Assembly (NCBI GenBank): GCA_951406725.2
Contig: OX597823.1
Span: 30,876,001-30,940,000, forward strand
Direction: 5' to 3'
Source: Octopus vulgaris
Taxonomy: Eukaryota
Length of the DNA stretch: 64,000 bases
Of the stretch, positions 1 to 13,898 are shown in pieces; position 1 is the stretch's first letter; each line of letters starts with the position of its first letter. Position numbers and translations under genes: made by a program. The notes beneath the pieces are model-generated. The model saw nothing but the letters and a program-made list of their open reading frames with translations, was not told where the DNA came from and did no database searches.

Positions 1-547
1 GTGTTCGGGTGTTCCAACCTATATAGATCTGCTAGTTGAAAGTGACTTAGCAGATCCCGTAAGCCTGGGTTACATTTTCTGTTCATGTTCGAGCCAACAC
101 AATCTGTGTGTGCTACACATATTGTGTTAAAGTCTCCTAACAATACTAGCGAATGCGACGTGGCTAGGAACTTGCCAAGGTCACGAAAATATTCACTTTG
201 CGGGCTACAATGTTGAGTGCATAAATAACGACTAGCCTGATTATCTTGCCACAACTGAATATCAGGTCAAGAACGACCAGCCTGCCTTCTGGGTCAGAAA
301 AAACAACTTTTTCTCAGCTACCCGGTTTCTTTTTAGTAGGACCAACACCCAACCCCCACCTCCCGCCCGACTCGGAGAAACGTATTTCTTGTAGCTGTTC
401 AGGAGGGGGAGTAGATCTCTTGGCCCTTCACCCGGGTTTCCGTTGCAACAATTACATCCAAATTTCTCGACCTGATATCATTTAGGAAGCGCACTTGCTT
501 CCAACTCGACATCAGGCCACGAATATTTATATAACCAATGTGAATAG
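1..547 (-). pseudogene. LINE ORF2 APE-type endonuclease domain, frameshifted
   Basis: Manual translation: IHIGYINIRGL...DVIVATETR...DPEGRLVVLD...VIYA...LLGDFNT...LADLYRLEHP, matching the NxRG, ET, GDFN and DxxR motifs of L1/Tx1 endonucleases. Confidence 0.85.
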
Positions 548-877
548 ACGTGACTTACCTTTTAGGTCGGGGCGTCCTGTGGAGAGAGACTCTCCATCTT
601 TTCTTGACTTAGGGTCGGCGATGGTAAGCCTTCAAACATAGATTGGTGAAAATCAAGTCTCAATGTTGAGACCGATTTTCTATACGTGTTAAACAAGATA
701 TTATACGTTTTGTTTTTGTCCAATTCGTAAAATTCATAGTTTTTATATTTTATTTGATACTTCAATTAGTCTAGTTACTGTGTAGTCTGTCTCTCTTGCC
801 ATTTTTCTTTTTTTTTTTTTTTGGTCTCGGCTCGCTCTGCTTTAGCTGGTTCGAGCCTTCCATTTTCCTTTTGTTGT

Positions 878-1525
878 TTATTTTTCCTTCAGTTTCTCTC
901 TTTCTTCCTCCTCACCATCTGATTCTTCTTCACCTTCTTTACAGTATATTTTAATGTGACCCAGTTGGACACACTGGAAACATCGGGGCTTACGCCCTTC
1001 AACAAAAATATTTAGAACTTCTACGATTTCTGGGAGCTGTTCTAAAATTTTTTGGTCAGCCTGCAATATGAGGTTGAGCGTTTTACCAGTCCAATAGGTA
1101 TTCTCTGTGACGGTAGCCTGCAGGAGGTTAATATTATCCTCCCTGATTGCCTGGACTGCCGCCATCAAGCACATAGGGTTTACTCCGGGTGGAATTCTTG
1201 GTATTCTAACCTTAGATGTTCTCATTCCCATGTAAATTGAGATTAATATTGTGTCTTCCGACTCTAATGATTTTACAGAGTGTTTCTGTACCGTTTCTGC
1301 GTTCTTAAACCTCACCACGATGGTTCCAAACTTCTTCCCGCTGGCTAGATATGTAATGTCCTGCCAGATGGGTTTTAAACATTTTTCAATTGTTTGCTCA
1401 TATATCTTATCAATTTTTTGAGCATTTAAGTAGAATGTCTTAAAAATAATAATTTTTCTTTTTTCCTCCGTTAATTCTTCTTTTGGTATTTTCACTCTTA
1501 CCACTCCATCTCGTTCTGTTATCAT
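878..1525 (-). pseudogene. LINE ORF1 (gag-like nucleic acid-binding protein with zinc knuckle), interrupted
   Basis: 215-aa ORF containing CFQCVQLGHIKIYC (CX2CX4HX4C) followed by an acidic/basic tail; the upstream part lies in ORF 1535-1783, separated by a stop. Confidence 0.8.
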
Positions 1526-1933
1526 TTCTTTGTATTATAGTAATTCTTGTTTGTCAGTTGACAGCTGTCGCGTTCCACTGCCAGCTGCTGATGCAAAACG
1601 TTTTCGTTCTTCATTTTGGAAGGTCTTTGCTTCTATATTTCTTTTGGTATTCATAACTTTTGGTAATGCAGGGAATTCACTTTCCGAAACATCAGAAACA
1701 TTATCAAAAATTAAATTTTCTATTTTCTTTGCTTCCCGCTCGGTCGATGAATCATCACCCGACGAAGACACACTTTTCGGCATCTTGCCGGCAATTAATG
1801 TTTTCCTCCACAGATAGCTTTCGCAAGAAAACTATAATAGAATTTTTAAACAATAAGTCCATCAATAGGTACAAGAGATATAACAATTAAGAGAAACTTA
1901 CGAACACACTCCAACAATAAATTTTCAATAACA

Positions 1934-2181
1934 GACAGACGAAATACCTATTTCTTTACTACCCACAAGGGGTTAAACACAGAGAGGACAAACAAGGACA
2001 GACAAACGGATTAAGTCGATTATATCGTCCCCAGTGCGTAACTGGTACTTATTTAATCGACCCCGAAAGAATAAAAGGCAAAATCGACCTCGGCGGAATT
2101 TGAACTCAGAACGTAACAGCAGACGAAATACCGCTAAGCATTTGCCCCGGATTGCTAACCTTTCTGCCAGCTCGCCACCTT
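1934..2181 (-). mobile_element. SINE family A (tRNA-derived head GGCGGCGAGCTGGCAGAA...GAGTTCAAATTCCGCC; central CCTTTCATCCTTTCGGGGTCGATAAA domain)
   Basis: Near-identical to copies at 7016, 24230, 24858, 32719 and 42730; pol III A- and B-box-like motifs. Confidence 0.85.
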
Positions 2182-2204
2182 CCATTATCATTTTATTGTG
2201 AAGT

Positions 2205-2450
2205 CGCCTGGCTTAGTGGTTAAGGGTGTTGCACACAGGTTCGCGGTTTCGATATCCGGGTTGGATGGTGACCTGTGTTCTTTAGCAAAACACTTAATTT
2301 CATCTTGTCTCAGTCCACTCAACTAGAAATGAGTTACCCTACAACGGACTGGCATCATGTCCAGGGGCAATGTTGTGAACTCGGTCCCTAATACGCCATG
2401 CAAGCCGGATATCCGGTCCAATGAGACCTAAAACTTGAGGCAGTACCTAC
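2205..2450 (+). mobile_element. Old degenerate tRNA-derived SINE
   Basis: TGGCTTAGTGGTTAAGG A-box and GGTTTCGATATCC B-box; similar to 53460-53690. Confidence 0.5.
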
Positions 2451-2464
2451 ATACCATGATGTTA

Positions 2465-2838
2465 TCTTTATATATAAAAGTGAGGTTGTGTGCTGTCTAT
2501 CTCCTACGATTTAGATTCCTAACTACAGTTTAACCAAAACCGGGTATCTTATAGTCGTGATTCATATCGAGCCCTTCTGGGTATTAGAGCGCGTCTACGA
2601 TGAGTCTACGATTTAAAACAAAATTACCATCAATTTTTCCCATTTTTAATGTATTTTGGCATATATAAGGGAAGTAACTCTCTAAAAATTTATTAAATCT
2701 CAGAACGTAAAAAGCTACAGTAACACCCCCCCCTTTGTGGTTAGCCATATTGAGATGGCTATTATACTTTACATCTCTAAAAATGCTTATATAGTCATTT
2801 CCCTTACAAACCCGAGCAACGTCGGGCGATACTGCTAG
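2465..2838 (+). mobile_element. Non-autonomous Helitron
   Basis: Begins TC (TCTTTATATATAAAAG), ends with hairpin CCCGAGCAACGTCGGG then CTAG; inserted between A and T with no TSD. Confidence 0.75.
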
Positions 2839-3159
2839 TTAAATATAAACTAATAAATACGGGAGGCGCCTTTATAAACAAAATACCAGCAGAGTTTTTG
2901 CTTTGCACCCTTTACTGATAAAATAGTTCGGATCTGTGTAATTATTCTTTCTTCCCCATGGTGACCACAGCAGGTTATCCGTTTCTTTTTTTCAATCCTA
3001 ACAGGCCCACCTTTTACGGTAAACATTGTTTTAAGGGTCAAGTCTCCAATTGCAGATTTTTTTTAAACGGCAAACTGTTACCGTGATATGTAATTTTTTT
3101 TGGGTGGGGGTATTGATCAGAGATTGCACATCACTACCACTAATTCCATTCATCACTCT

Positions 3160-3236
3160 CCCCAACACCACCACCACCACCACCACCACCACCACCACCA
3201 CCACCGCTGCCACCACCACCACCACCACCACCACCA

Positions 3237-3308
<72 letters not shown>

Positions 3309-3750
3309 TTACTACTACCATGACTTCTACTACCACTACTACCACTATTAGAAACCCATTACGCCACCACAACACCAACACTAACAACAATATTCTGACC
3401 ACCACTACCACTAGGACCAACAAGAACCCTCACCACTACCAACACCATAAACGTAACCACTACCACCATCACCACCACCACCACCACGATCATCACAATA
3501 CCGTTACCACTACCAACGCTACTATCTCCACCATGAAAACTATCACCGCAACTACTTCTACCACCGCCACTACCACCACCATCACCAGCAACAATATCAC
3601 TGCCATCACCACCACCACCATCACCAGCAACAACACCATCGCCGCCGCCACCACCACCACCACTATCACCATCGCCGCCTCCGCCACCGCCGCCACCGCC
3701 TAAACTATCATTACCAAAACCGTCACCATCACCTCTGCTGTCGCCACTAC
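3160..3750. repeat. (ACC/ACT)n degenerate trinucleotide tract
   Basis: Direct reading; source of the spurious poly-Thr/His/Val ORFs. Confidence 0.95.
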
Positions 3751-3989
3751 CTATAAGAATAACGTGAGTTGTAGACAAGTTGATATAATTGGGTGACAAA
3801 CTTCCCAATTAAATATGTAATGAGAAAGTATTTAGAGCTAATTAGTTGACTTTGTGTGCGCGCGCGCGCATGTGTACATGTAGGTATGTAGATATATCTG
3901 TATATATTATATTTACACCAATTAACACACACACACATGCATGTATGCATACATACATGTGTACGTACGTACATACATACATACATATA

Positions 3990-4043
<54 letters not shown>

Positions 4044-5164
4044 CATAGATAGATAGATAGATAGTTAGATAGGGAGAGAGACAGATAAATAGACAGAGAT
4101 AGATATGTGTATATATTTACATTCATGTATTTGTATATATGTGTGTGGGAGAGAGCGTGTAGACATATACACATATAAACTTGCACACACGCATACGTGC
4201 CCATGTAGGTACACATAACACATATTCATATAAATAATACATATTGTATATGTTTTCACTTGACCTGGATTCAAGTTACTAACGGTGATATATAGATATG
4301 TTATACAAATACACAACGCCGTCATCAGCAAGCAATGATATAGAGTTAAGCGAAGGATACAGGTTTTATAAACTATAGTGTTGCATCAAATTTTGAACAA
4401 GAATCTCTGATAACTATTCGTCATAAAAATTAATTATTGTGCTTCAATCGAGCACGAAAAAATATTCTCTTCCTATTTATGAAATATTCATTTCTATAAC
4501 AAATATTATTGCTCTTTCTTGAATATTAAACTTAAATGTTAGATTCTAGTAGTAGGGCACTTAATTGTAGCGAAATGATTTCAGTTTTACCATATTTCAG
4601 CTGGTTTTTATAGATCCTGGTTTTAACTTGCTGTAAGAGCATGTAAGCAGTAAGCTTCATCAGCCATCTCTTCTTTTTCTGCAGATGACGTTGCTATATG
4701 CATGTATAATTAATCTGCTAGAAACGATAGACATGACCAGGAAAGAATAGAATATGTATGCATTGCGCAATTTTTCATGCGTTATTTAAGTCATTTTATA
4801 ATATAACTTGATCAAATTTGATCTCAGTTCACCTACTGTAATCGGGAGCGCAGCCATCCGTTTGCCGACAGATGCATGCTTATACATGCACGGACACAAA
4901 CACACGCGCGCACATACAAGCACACACACATACACACACATGCACTAATATTTGATTTATGTTGATTTATAATGGTTTTAAATTTTGAAACAAGGCCAGA
5001 AATCATAAGGTAAGTTGATTACATCAACACCAGTGTTCAACTGGTACTCATTTTTGCCAACCCGAAAAGATAGAATTTGAACCCAGAACGTAAAGAGCTG
5101 AAAGAAATGTCACTAAGCATTTAGTCTACTAACAACAAATATAGTGCAAAAGTGTCCAACGGGA

Positions 5165-5555
5165 GAGGATGCAACTGTAAAACACGTACTAATTGTCCAT
5201 TACAGAGCAACTGTCGCCGATTTAACGGTGTTTATAAATTTATGGTTCTTAAACAACAACAATGTCGGGATATACACTGGTCCTGCCATCAATTTTAAAC
5301 GCCGATACATAACCCACCTAATCTCTTGAAATGTATTAAACACAATATGTCTCCCTTACAAGCTAACCACATACATAAGCTTAAGAAAAACAATGAACTA
5401 TATAATATTATTTGATTTACCATTTGTAGTACCATACAAGGAGCAAACACCTCGTGCTGGTTATGCTTAAGAGATTCTGCACAAATCCTATTACATAATA
5501 CACTGCAATTACTGAATAGACTAAATGAAGCGTTTACCTCCTGTGTCTACAGATC
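5165..5555 (+). pseudogene. Penelope-like element GIY-YIG endonuclease remnant
   Basis: Frameshifted translation CNCKTRTNCPLQSNC...VYK...IYTG...FKRRYITH...NHIHKLK...CWLCL...LLNRLNE...C, matching the Cys-rich linker, GIY-YIG and C-terminal CxxC/LLNxxxE pattern of PLE endonucleases. Confidence 0.75.
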
Positions 5556-5827
5556 CTTTAAAACGTTGCGATTTTATCACAAATCCAAATATAGCACTTT
5601 GAATCTGTCCACACAATTCTCACTTCAATAAATTAGAGGTGCATCACATACTTATTCAATCTATTTTAATCTATAGTGCCTCCCTTTATTCCGCATCTTT
5701 TACAAAGATTATAATTCTACATCCTTCCCTGAAATCCTTTTTTGTTTCCCTATTCTAAATACACCACTTATTCGAAATTCGTTCATATGATTTCAAATTC
5801 CACAATTCCTTATTCCACTCAACATTC

Positions 5828-6232
5828 TATTCTTTTTGTTTCAGTTATTTGACTGCAGCCATGCTGGATTACCGCCTTTAGTCGAACAAATCGACCCCAA
5901 GACTTATTTTTGTAAGCCTAGTGCTTATTCTAGCGATCTCTTTTACCGAACCGCTAAGTTACGGGGCCGTAAACACGCCAGCATCGATTGTCAAGCGATG
6001 GTGGGAGGACAAACACCAACACACAAACATATATATATATATGCCATGATAGATCGTTAGCCACTACACACATTTTTTCTCTCCTTGTTTCTCTCTTTGT
6101 TTTTTCTGTATCCCTTTCTGTAGAAGAGCGTAGATTCGAAACGTAAAATACTTTTTCTATTCCTGAGCGTTATACTAATACATCTGTTTGTTTTGTACAC
6201 CACCTGTCTTCGTCACTTGTTTTTTTCGTAAA

Positions 6233-6310
<78 letters not shown>

Positions 6311-6472
6311 GACGGACTTCTTTCGGTTTCCGTCTATCAAAACCACTCACAAGGCTTTGGTCTGCCCGAAGCTATAGTAGGAGACGCTTGCCCAAGGTGC
6401 CACGCTGTCGGACTGAACCCGGAACCATGTGGTTGGTAAGCAAGCTACATATCACACAGTCACTCCTGCGTC
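5828..6472 (-). mobile_element. SINE family B (GGCGCAGGAGTGGCTGTGTGGTAAG head, internal microsatellite) with nested insertion
   Basis: Matches copies at 13414, 43388, 61272 and 62043; the internal TA tract holds the element at 6043-6236. Confidence 0.85.
6043..6236 (+). mobile_element. About 190-bp element with hammerhead-like motif (family H1)
   Basis: Homologous to 31742-31928, 48165-48315, 52236-52438 and 23150-23336; degenerate motif CTGTAGA...GAAACGTA at 6114-6149. Confidence 0.7.
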
Positions 6473-7015
6473 TATAATTCTGTTCATAATTCCAATACAA
6501 CGATTTAACTAAATATTATTTTCAAGCAACCACACGCTATATTATAGCAAACACTTAAAGATATTTTCAGCCAAAGTACAAATTTTAAGATCTTTCTGTT
6601 CACTACCATGCTACCCCTGTATCCACATTTAATCCTATTCACACTTTTCATTGAACTTACAATTTTGAATATCAATTTCTTATCGTTACTATAAATAAAT
6701 TCTTTATTCTGGTAACTACCAACAAACGCATTCATTTTAAAGCGTACTCACTGCCCTCATAAAATATCTTATAGTTTATAAACTTATAAACCTGAATCGT
6801 TGTCAGCTTATTTATAGCCATATATACTTACGTTACTTTCCTTTTGCCTCACTCCTCCTCTACTAACACAGCCCTTTCCTTCCCACACTCTCTATTGACC
6901 ACTATACAACACAGCTAGTGGCTAACAGGTATATTTTACCCCGTACTTCCTCCCCACCACGAAAACCTAAATTCCTTCTTTCCATAATGCCCCACTGAGT
7001 GTGGGGGCAATATGG

Positions 7016-7225
7016 TTAACCGGGCGAAATGCTTAGCGGTATTTTGTCTGTCTTTACGTTCTGAGTTCAAATTCCGCCGTGGTCGACTTTGCCTTTCATC
7101 CTTTCGGGGTCGATTAAATAAGTACCAGTTACGCACTGGGGTCGATATAATCGACTTAATCCGTTTGTCTGTCCTTGTTTGTCCTGTCTGTGTTTAGCCC
7201 CTTGTGGGTAGTAAAGAAATAGGTT
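7016..7225 (+). mobile_element. SINE family A, 5'-truncated
   Basis: Matches the 42730 copy from CGGGCGAAATGC onward. Confidence 0.85.
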
Positions 7226-7401
7226 AACCGATAATTTACTTTCCCCATGTCTTGTACTTATTCTGCGCATAGTCTTCTTCACACCATCGCAAGTAGCAAT
7301 CCCTTCCCTACCCATACTAGCACTGGCCAGTTCTTTCTATATACCTTCCTCTAACTCTTAAACGTTGCATATCCGTCCCTCGTCATATTTGTTAGTTTCT
7401 A

Positions 7402-8116
7402 CGGAAAGATTTCCGCCCGTCCCCACCCACCCAATATTCTCCCAAATTTGTTTATTTAATTTTTTTTGTCAAAACCCCACGTTTTCGGATACAGAGGTTC
7501 CAGTAAATTGCCAAATATCGGCATTGTTAAATTTTCCCCCCTTTACCCTCCTAATTCTTCAATTTAGACTTTTCCCCAACACTAACCCTAACCCTAACCC
7601 TAAAACCCTAACCCTAATCCTAACCCTAAAACCCTAACCCTAACCCTCAAACCCTAACCCTCAAACCCTAACCCCAAAACCCTTATACCCTAACCCTAAC
7701 CCTAAAATCCTAACCCCAAAACCCTAAAACCCCAACCCTAACCCTAACTACAGAAATGGTTTGAAATTTTTCTCCGAATCATATGTCCCTATTTTCCTGC
7801 ATATTTAGAAAAAAAAAAAAAAATTCTTAAAAAAGAATTTTACAAAAATTTTTGGAAATTTTTTCAGAATCATAATCTCCGTATTTTCCCGCATATTTGT
7901 AAAAAAAAAGAAAAAAAATTCTGAAAAAAGATAAAAAAAGGAAGGAAATGGGGGTGGGGGTGGTAATTTAAAAAGGCCGATTTTTGCCAATATTTTTGCA
8001 GATTCGTATTCCTCGTAGCCGAAAGGGGGGGGGGGGGGTCGAAAAAAATTTAAAACGGGTGGTTTTTTTGGGGTGGGGGGACGGGCGGAAGTCTTGCCGT
8101 GTCGGAAGTCTTGCCG
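7402..8116. mobile_element. TIR element (MITE-like) with 6-bp TSD and internal telomeric repeats
   Basis: Ends CGGAAAGATTTCCG / CGGAAGTCTTGCCG (12/14 inverted match), flanked by TTTCTA on both sides. Confidence 0.7.
7582..7748. repeat. Degenerate (CCCTAA)n interstitial telomere-like array
   Basis: CCCTAA units mixed with CCCTAAAA and CCCTCAAA variants. Confidence 0.9.
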
Positions 8117-8996
8117 TTTCTACTTTTTATAACCTTATATTATATTCTTCGCTTCTTTTACGCTCACCACTGCATCCCTTCCACCACCAATATATCACTA
8201 AAGTTCTACCTTATTCTTCCTCTCATGCTGGATTAGATTGCTGCCGATCGTTTGCACCATCTGCGCATCCATTCTTGTAACAGCTGTAAGAGACTATCTG
8301 CAGATCTTCTTCCATCTACTTTTCTTCTCATCTCGCTCTGGATTCTACATACGGTGACCAGCTTTATCTAATTTCAGTAATATGGAATTACTGATCTGGG
8401 AGAATACTCGCATATAACATAATCATTAGGAACATTCTTCTATTGAAATTTTGTCGGCCTCTTGTGATCTAAACTCCTGTAACATTCATCTATGCCTTCA
8501 TATTAGGTCAATGTTTAAAGATATAAGCGTCAAAATCTGGCCTGATTCCATTTGTTTGCCTGTTAATACTTTATTTGATTGTAAACAACACTTCACCATT
8601 GAAACACTGCCTATGGCCAAGTTCCATTTGGCAGCTATAGCGGCCCTTCTTTTTCATTTACCAATTAAGTTGGATTTTAAGCGGTAAGTGAACCTGAGTA
8701 CCAGTTGTATGTAGCCGTTCCCTCACGTCATCAGACGTAATATTACATGAATATTCTATATGCGTGTGTGTGTGTGTGTCTGTGTATGTATTACGTATTT
8801 GGGTGTATCTGTGCTTGCGTTTGTTCCACTGCGCCACTTCACAATTGGCGTTATTTACGGAACGGCATGAGACCGATAGAATACGTACCAGACTTTTAAT
8901 AAACAGTACTGGGATCGATTCTTTCGACTAAAACTCTTCAAGGCGGTGCCTCAGTGCCGCTGCGGTCAAACGACTGAAACAAGTAAAGCACACACA

Positions 8997-9065
<69 letters not shown>

Positions 9066-9799
9066 ACTCTTTCTTTCTCTCTTAGACAAATGTCCTCATC
9101 CAACGAAAGTGTTAGAGTGCACTCACTACATGCAGCAGAGTATATTATTTATTTAAACAAAATACCTCACCTTAATCGAGCTTCATACCACGGCGTTCAT
9201 CAGGCGAATTGTTTTTTTTCTCTTATTTCATGAATATGTTATATACAATGATGAGGGTTAATTCTTTTGATTGTAGCCATCGCTTTCATTCGCCGATTCT
9301 TAAATGGTATTTTATTAACTATGTTGTCTCTAGCTGCCATCACTTTTCATTTGGCGTTCGTTGGTTATTACTCTACTGTATCCGGGTCGTCAAGTGTTTA
9401 AATTCATGCATTTTTATGCTTGTCTTATTATTGCTTTTCATTGGCCAGCTCTCTTATTGGTTAATGATGCATATACCAAAATAATTATGGATTTATTTTG
9501 GTGTCTGCAACGTGACACCAGCTCATTTCTTTATTCAAGCAAGCATATTTGTTGTGTAATTAAGTTATATTTTTCTGGAGTGCAAAAGTGACGTAAACAT
9601 ACACACCCTTTCCTTCACATTAGACACATACATATACATACACATATACACATACGCAAAAGGCAGCTCGCTTACCTTCTCTCTTCCATACACATTATCT
9701 CTCTCACTGTCAAAGACACACAATCTCTCGCTCTCTGATTCTCTCTTCCTCTTTCGTTCACTCTCACATATGTGCGTGTATGTGTGTAATGTATGTATG

Positions 9800-9836
<37 letters not shown>

Positions 9837-9948
9837 CATATATATATATATAAATACATATACATATATGCATACATATATATACAGACACATATATACA
9901 TGTATGTATGTATGTATGTATGTATGTATGTATATATATATATATGTA

Positions 9949-10022
<74 letters not shown>

Positions 10023-10037
10023 GATATATATATGAAT

Positions 10038-10080
<43 letters not shown>

Positions 10081-11147
10081 GATAAAGATATTGATAAACT
10101 AACAAATGGAGAGAGGGGGAAATTTATTAAGCCATGTTAAATAACAATATTGTGTAAAATTACCAATATTCGATCTTATATTCTTATATACACACATATA
10201 CATACATACATACATGCATATATGTGTGTATGTGCATCTACCTATAAACACACGCATATAGAAAGATAATTATGAAGATATATATACACACATAGCTATA
10301 TATACAATTATATTCATGTTTTATAGCGTATGATGTGCGTACATAAATATATGTGTATATATTATACATATGAATATGAATATATGCATGTGTATATATA
10401 CACACAAACACACACACACACACATGTATATAAATATGTATGTTTGTATGTTTGCATCCTTGCAAAAATATTTGTATGTGTATATATATTTATGTGTATG
10501 TGTGTGTGTTTATGTATGCGTAAATATATATTTGCATATATGGGTATATATTTATATGCGTATAGCATAAATATATTTATACACAAAACTCACACATTCT
10601 CATATATATGCAAACACTCACCCATACACACACGCACACACACACACACAAACAAACAAACACGCAATATTTCATAGAAATGAACTGTTATGATATTTGT
10701 TTATATTTTTTTTGAAATACATTTTTATCTTTCTGTTTTCTATTGAACATTAAAATCAAAAACAAAAACATCGAACGAGAAGGACAAAAAGCTAGAGAGA
10801 AAAACCGCATAACGCACAACACGACATGAGAGAGAGAGATAGTGAGAGATATAAAGAGGGAGTGACAGAGGGAGAAAGAAGGGGAGTAAGAGTTCACAAG
10901 TTGTACCTGTTCATCTTGCACTATTTGACATCTACAGCATTAAATACCATTCAATGAACTGTGATATTTGACGATTTTTTCGTTACGACTCACTGCATGA
11001 ATCTGCTTCCCTTCGCGCCGTCTATCTCTCTAGTTATCTCTACCCATCCACCCCTCTCTTTCCACACGTACAAACACTGAAATACTCATACACACACATA
11101 GGCCAATCTATCCACATCCCTTCTCTGTCTATGAATTTCTAGTCTTG

Positions 11148-11237
<90 letters not shown>

Positions 11238-11297
11238 CCTGTATGTATGTATGTATGTATGTATGTATGTATGTATGTATGTATGTATGTATGTATG

Positions 11298-11343
<46 letters not shown>

Positions 11344-11435
11344 TAATCCAAACAAGAAAACAAAAAGGCAACAACGCAAGGATGTGGAACAAATAAAGTA
11401 TTATTGGACGCTCAGGAAAGAAGGGAAGAAGGAGA

Positions 11436-11470
11436 GTTTAACGTTTCGAGCGGAGCTCTTCGTCGGAAAC
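11436..11470 (-). ncRNA. Minimal hammerhead motif, U4C core variant, in short element 11340-11545
   Basis: Reverse strand: GUUU-CCGACGA-A-GAGC-UCC-GCUC-GAAA-CG-UU-AAAC. Confidence 0.6.
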
Positions 11471-11581
11471 ATAGGAGAAGGAAAGATCCCGAGACGGGAG
11501 GACAGAGGAAAAAAAATCGCCGGTGGTATTCACGAGGTCACATACTAAAAAAAAAAGTATATATATATACTCTCATACATA

Positions 11582-11662
<81 letters not shown>

Positions 11663-11981
11663 GTGAATGGGTAAGCGAAAGGAAGTGGCAGTTAACCAAT
11701 ATTCTTGGAGTTGTATTTATTGAGTAACAGATTATTTACATTGAAAGGATCTCTTATATGGACTTATGATGCACAAAAGCACTCGTACCTACAGCGTTGA
11801 CAAACGACAACCGTCCGCTACGCCTGCTGGAACAGCCAGGTCACGTGATTTCACCCTGTTTTGAACTCCTCATTGGCAGCCATCCAATAGCGACGTAACA
11901 GCTGAAACTGCTGTTAAGTTGGAGATAGATTTCCATTTGGTATTAATAGTGATTGCCTTGCTATATCATATATATATATAT

Positions 11982-12198
11982 AACAATTGCAGCGTGGAAG
12001 GTGTTTATAAGCCATTTAAGAAACACACAAAAACCGTTAGATTCAGTTCAACATTTAAATATATTTTGTTAGTGAAAAGGTTGCGGTCTCAAAGCGACAA
12101 AAATATTTTGGCAAATTAAATTTAAATGTTGAAATGGATCTAACGGTTTTTGTGTGTTTCTCAAACGGCTTATAAACACCTTCAACGCTGCAATTGTT
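11982..12198. repeat. Fold-back element with about 80-bp imperfect inverted arms
   Basis: ACAATTGCAGCGTGGAAGGTGTTTATAAGCC...ACATTTAAAT is mirrored by ATTTAAATGT...GGCTTATAAACACCTTCAACGCTGCAATTGT. Confidence 0.85.
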
Positions 12199-12253
12199 TT
12201 CGATCCATCACACGATCTCAGATCAGGTCACTTGCTATGCAAGTACATCTCTG

Positions 12254-12316
<63 letters not shown>

Positions 12317-12345
12317 TGCATAGATATGTACATACACCCCCACAC

Positions 12346-12400
<55 letters not shown>

Positions 12401-12533
12401 AAGCTGCTTATTAATTAGGTATGTAACAATTACTAAAAGTACTAAAAGAAAGCACAGTTCTATATTTAAGAGATGAGAAATTATGTATATTATGTACATT
12501 TGACGGATATTTGTCCTCATCTTTTTTGTCGTT

Positions 12534-12579
12534 AACACAACGTTTCGGCTGATATACTCTCCAGCCTTCATCAGATGTC
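12534..12579 (-). ncRNA. Minimal hammerhead ribozyme motif, canonical core
   Basis: Reverse strand: GACAU-CUGAUGA-A-GGCUG-loop-CAGCC-GAAA-CG-UU-GUGUU. Confidence 0.75.
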
Positions 12580-12626
12580 TTGGGGAAATTTTGAACCTGG
12601 GTTCTCATTTCCAAGGTATTTTTCGA

Positions 12627-12688
<62 letters not shown>

Positions 12689-13316
12689 TCACTGCTTGGA
12701 ATCGAACTTGGAATCTTGGGGTTAGTAGCCCACGCTCTTAAACACTAAACCATTTAGGTTGACCGTCTGGAAATATTTTTTATAAATTCATGTTCTAAGT
12801 AAATTTCCTATAATTTCGGTTTCTCAATTTTATTGAATTTTTTAGCTCCATTTTCTCGCAAATTTAAATAGTCATTGTATTCACTGCATCCAATTCTTCA
12901 CAGATTTAAATAGTCATTGCATTTACTGCAGAGTTACAATTTTTCTTTTAAGTTTTCTTTCGCTATTTGGAAAACTGATAGTTTATTCTTTTAATCAATA
13001 CGTAATGTAAAAACATTATCTATTGAATGAAAACTTTTTAAACTACCCGTATAATTTTTGAACGTGGGATAGCTGTGAGAAGAGCCTAGAAAGTTGGGTA
13101 ATTACTATTAGAAGACGAGGAAAAAAAATTAGCGACAAATGTTCGAAACTTGCACCTTATTCACAGTTTCCAAACATTCTATATACCACTAAGCCAATAT
13201 ATACACAAACAAGAGGAAGGTTGTGTTTGGACGTGTTAGAATCGCCCTTAAATCACTTAGAGTATGCGTTCCAGTTTGGTGACGGTAGGGTTGGGACAAG
13301 TCATAACCATTAATAT

Positions 13317-13413
<97 letters not shown>

Positions 13414-13576
13414 AGGCGCAGTAGTGGCTGTGTGGTAAATAGCTTGTTCACTAACCACAAGGTTCCGGGTTCAGTCCCACTACGTGGAACCTTGGACAAA
13501 TGTCTTCTACTATAACCTCCGACCGATCAAAGCCTTGTGAGTGGATTTGGTAGACGGAAACTGAAAGAGGCCTGTC

Positions 13577-13633
<57 letters not shown>

Positions 13634-13654
13634 TGTGTATATACATATATATGT

Positions 13655-13689
<35 letters not shown>

Positions 13690-13898
13690 TGTGTGTGCGT
13701 GTGTGTGTTTGTGCTTTCCTCCAGCATCGCTTGACAACCGATGCTGGTGTGTTTACGTCCCCGTAACTTAGCGGTTCGGAAAAAATGAGACCGATAGAAT
13801 AAGTACTAGGCTTAAATAGAGCAATTCCTGGGGTCGATTTGCTCGACTAAAGGCGGTGCCCATGGCTGGCCGCAGCCAAATAACAGAAACAATTTAAA

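Larger units (their letters stand above)
1..1920 (-). mobile_element. 5' part of a decayed L1/Tx1-clade LINE (ORF1 plus ORF2 endonuclease; continues off the left edge)
   Basis: ORF1-like frames 1535-1783 and 878-1525 (the latter with a CCHC knuckle), followed on the same strand by APE endonuclease motifs at about 547-1. Confidence 0.85.

Noticed and set aside
3031-3808. Poly-Thr/His/Gly/Val ORFs resembling mucins (also 40058-41430)
   Set aside because: Stop-free trinucleotide repeats are open in many frames on both strands; no splice or domain evidence.
4242-4332. Hammerhead-like CUGAUGA...GAAA on the minus strand (also 50272-50310)
   Set aside because: Helix II and the palindrome are too degraded to call.
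7582-7748. True chromosome end or fusion site
   Set aside because: Short, degenerate, single orientation, and enclosed by TIRs and a TSD.
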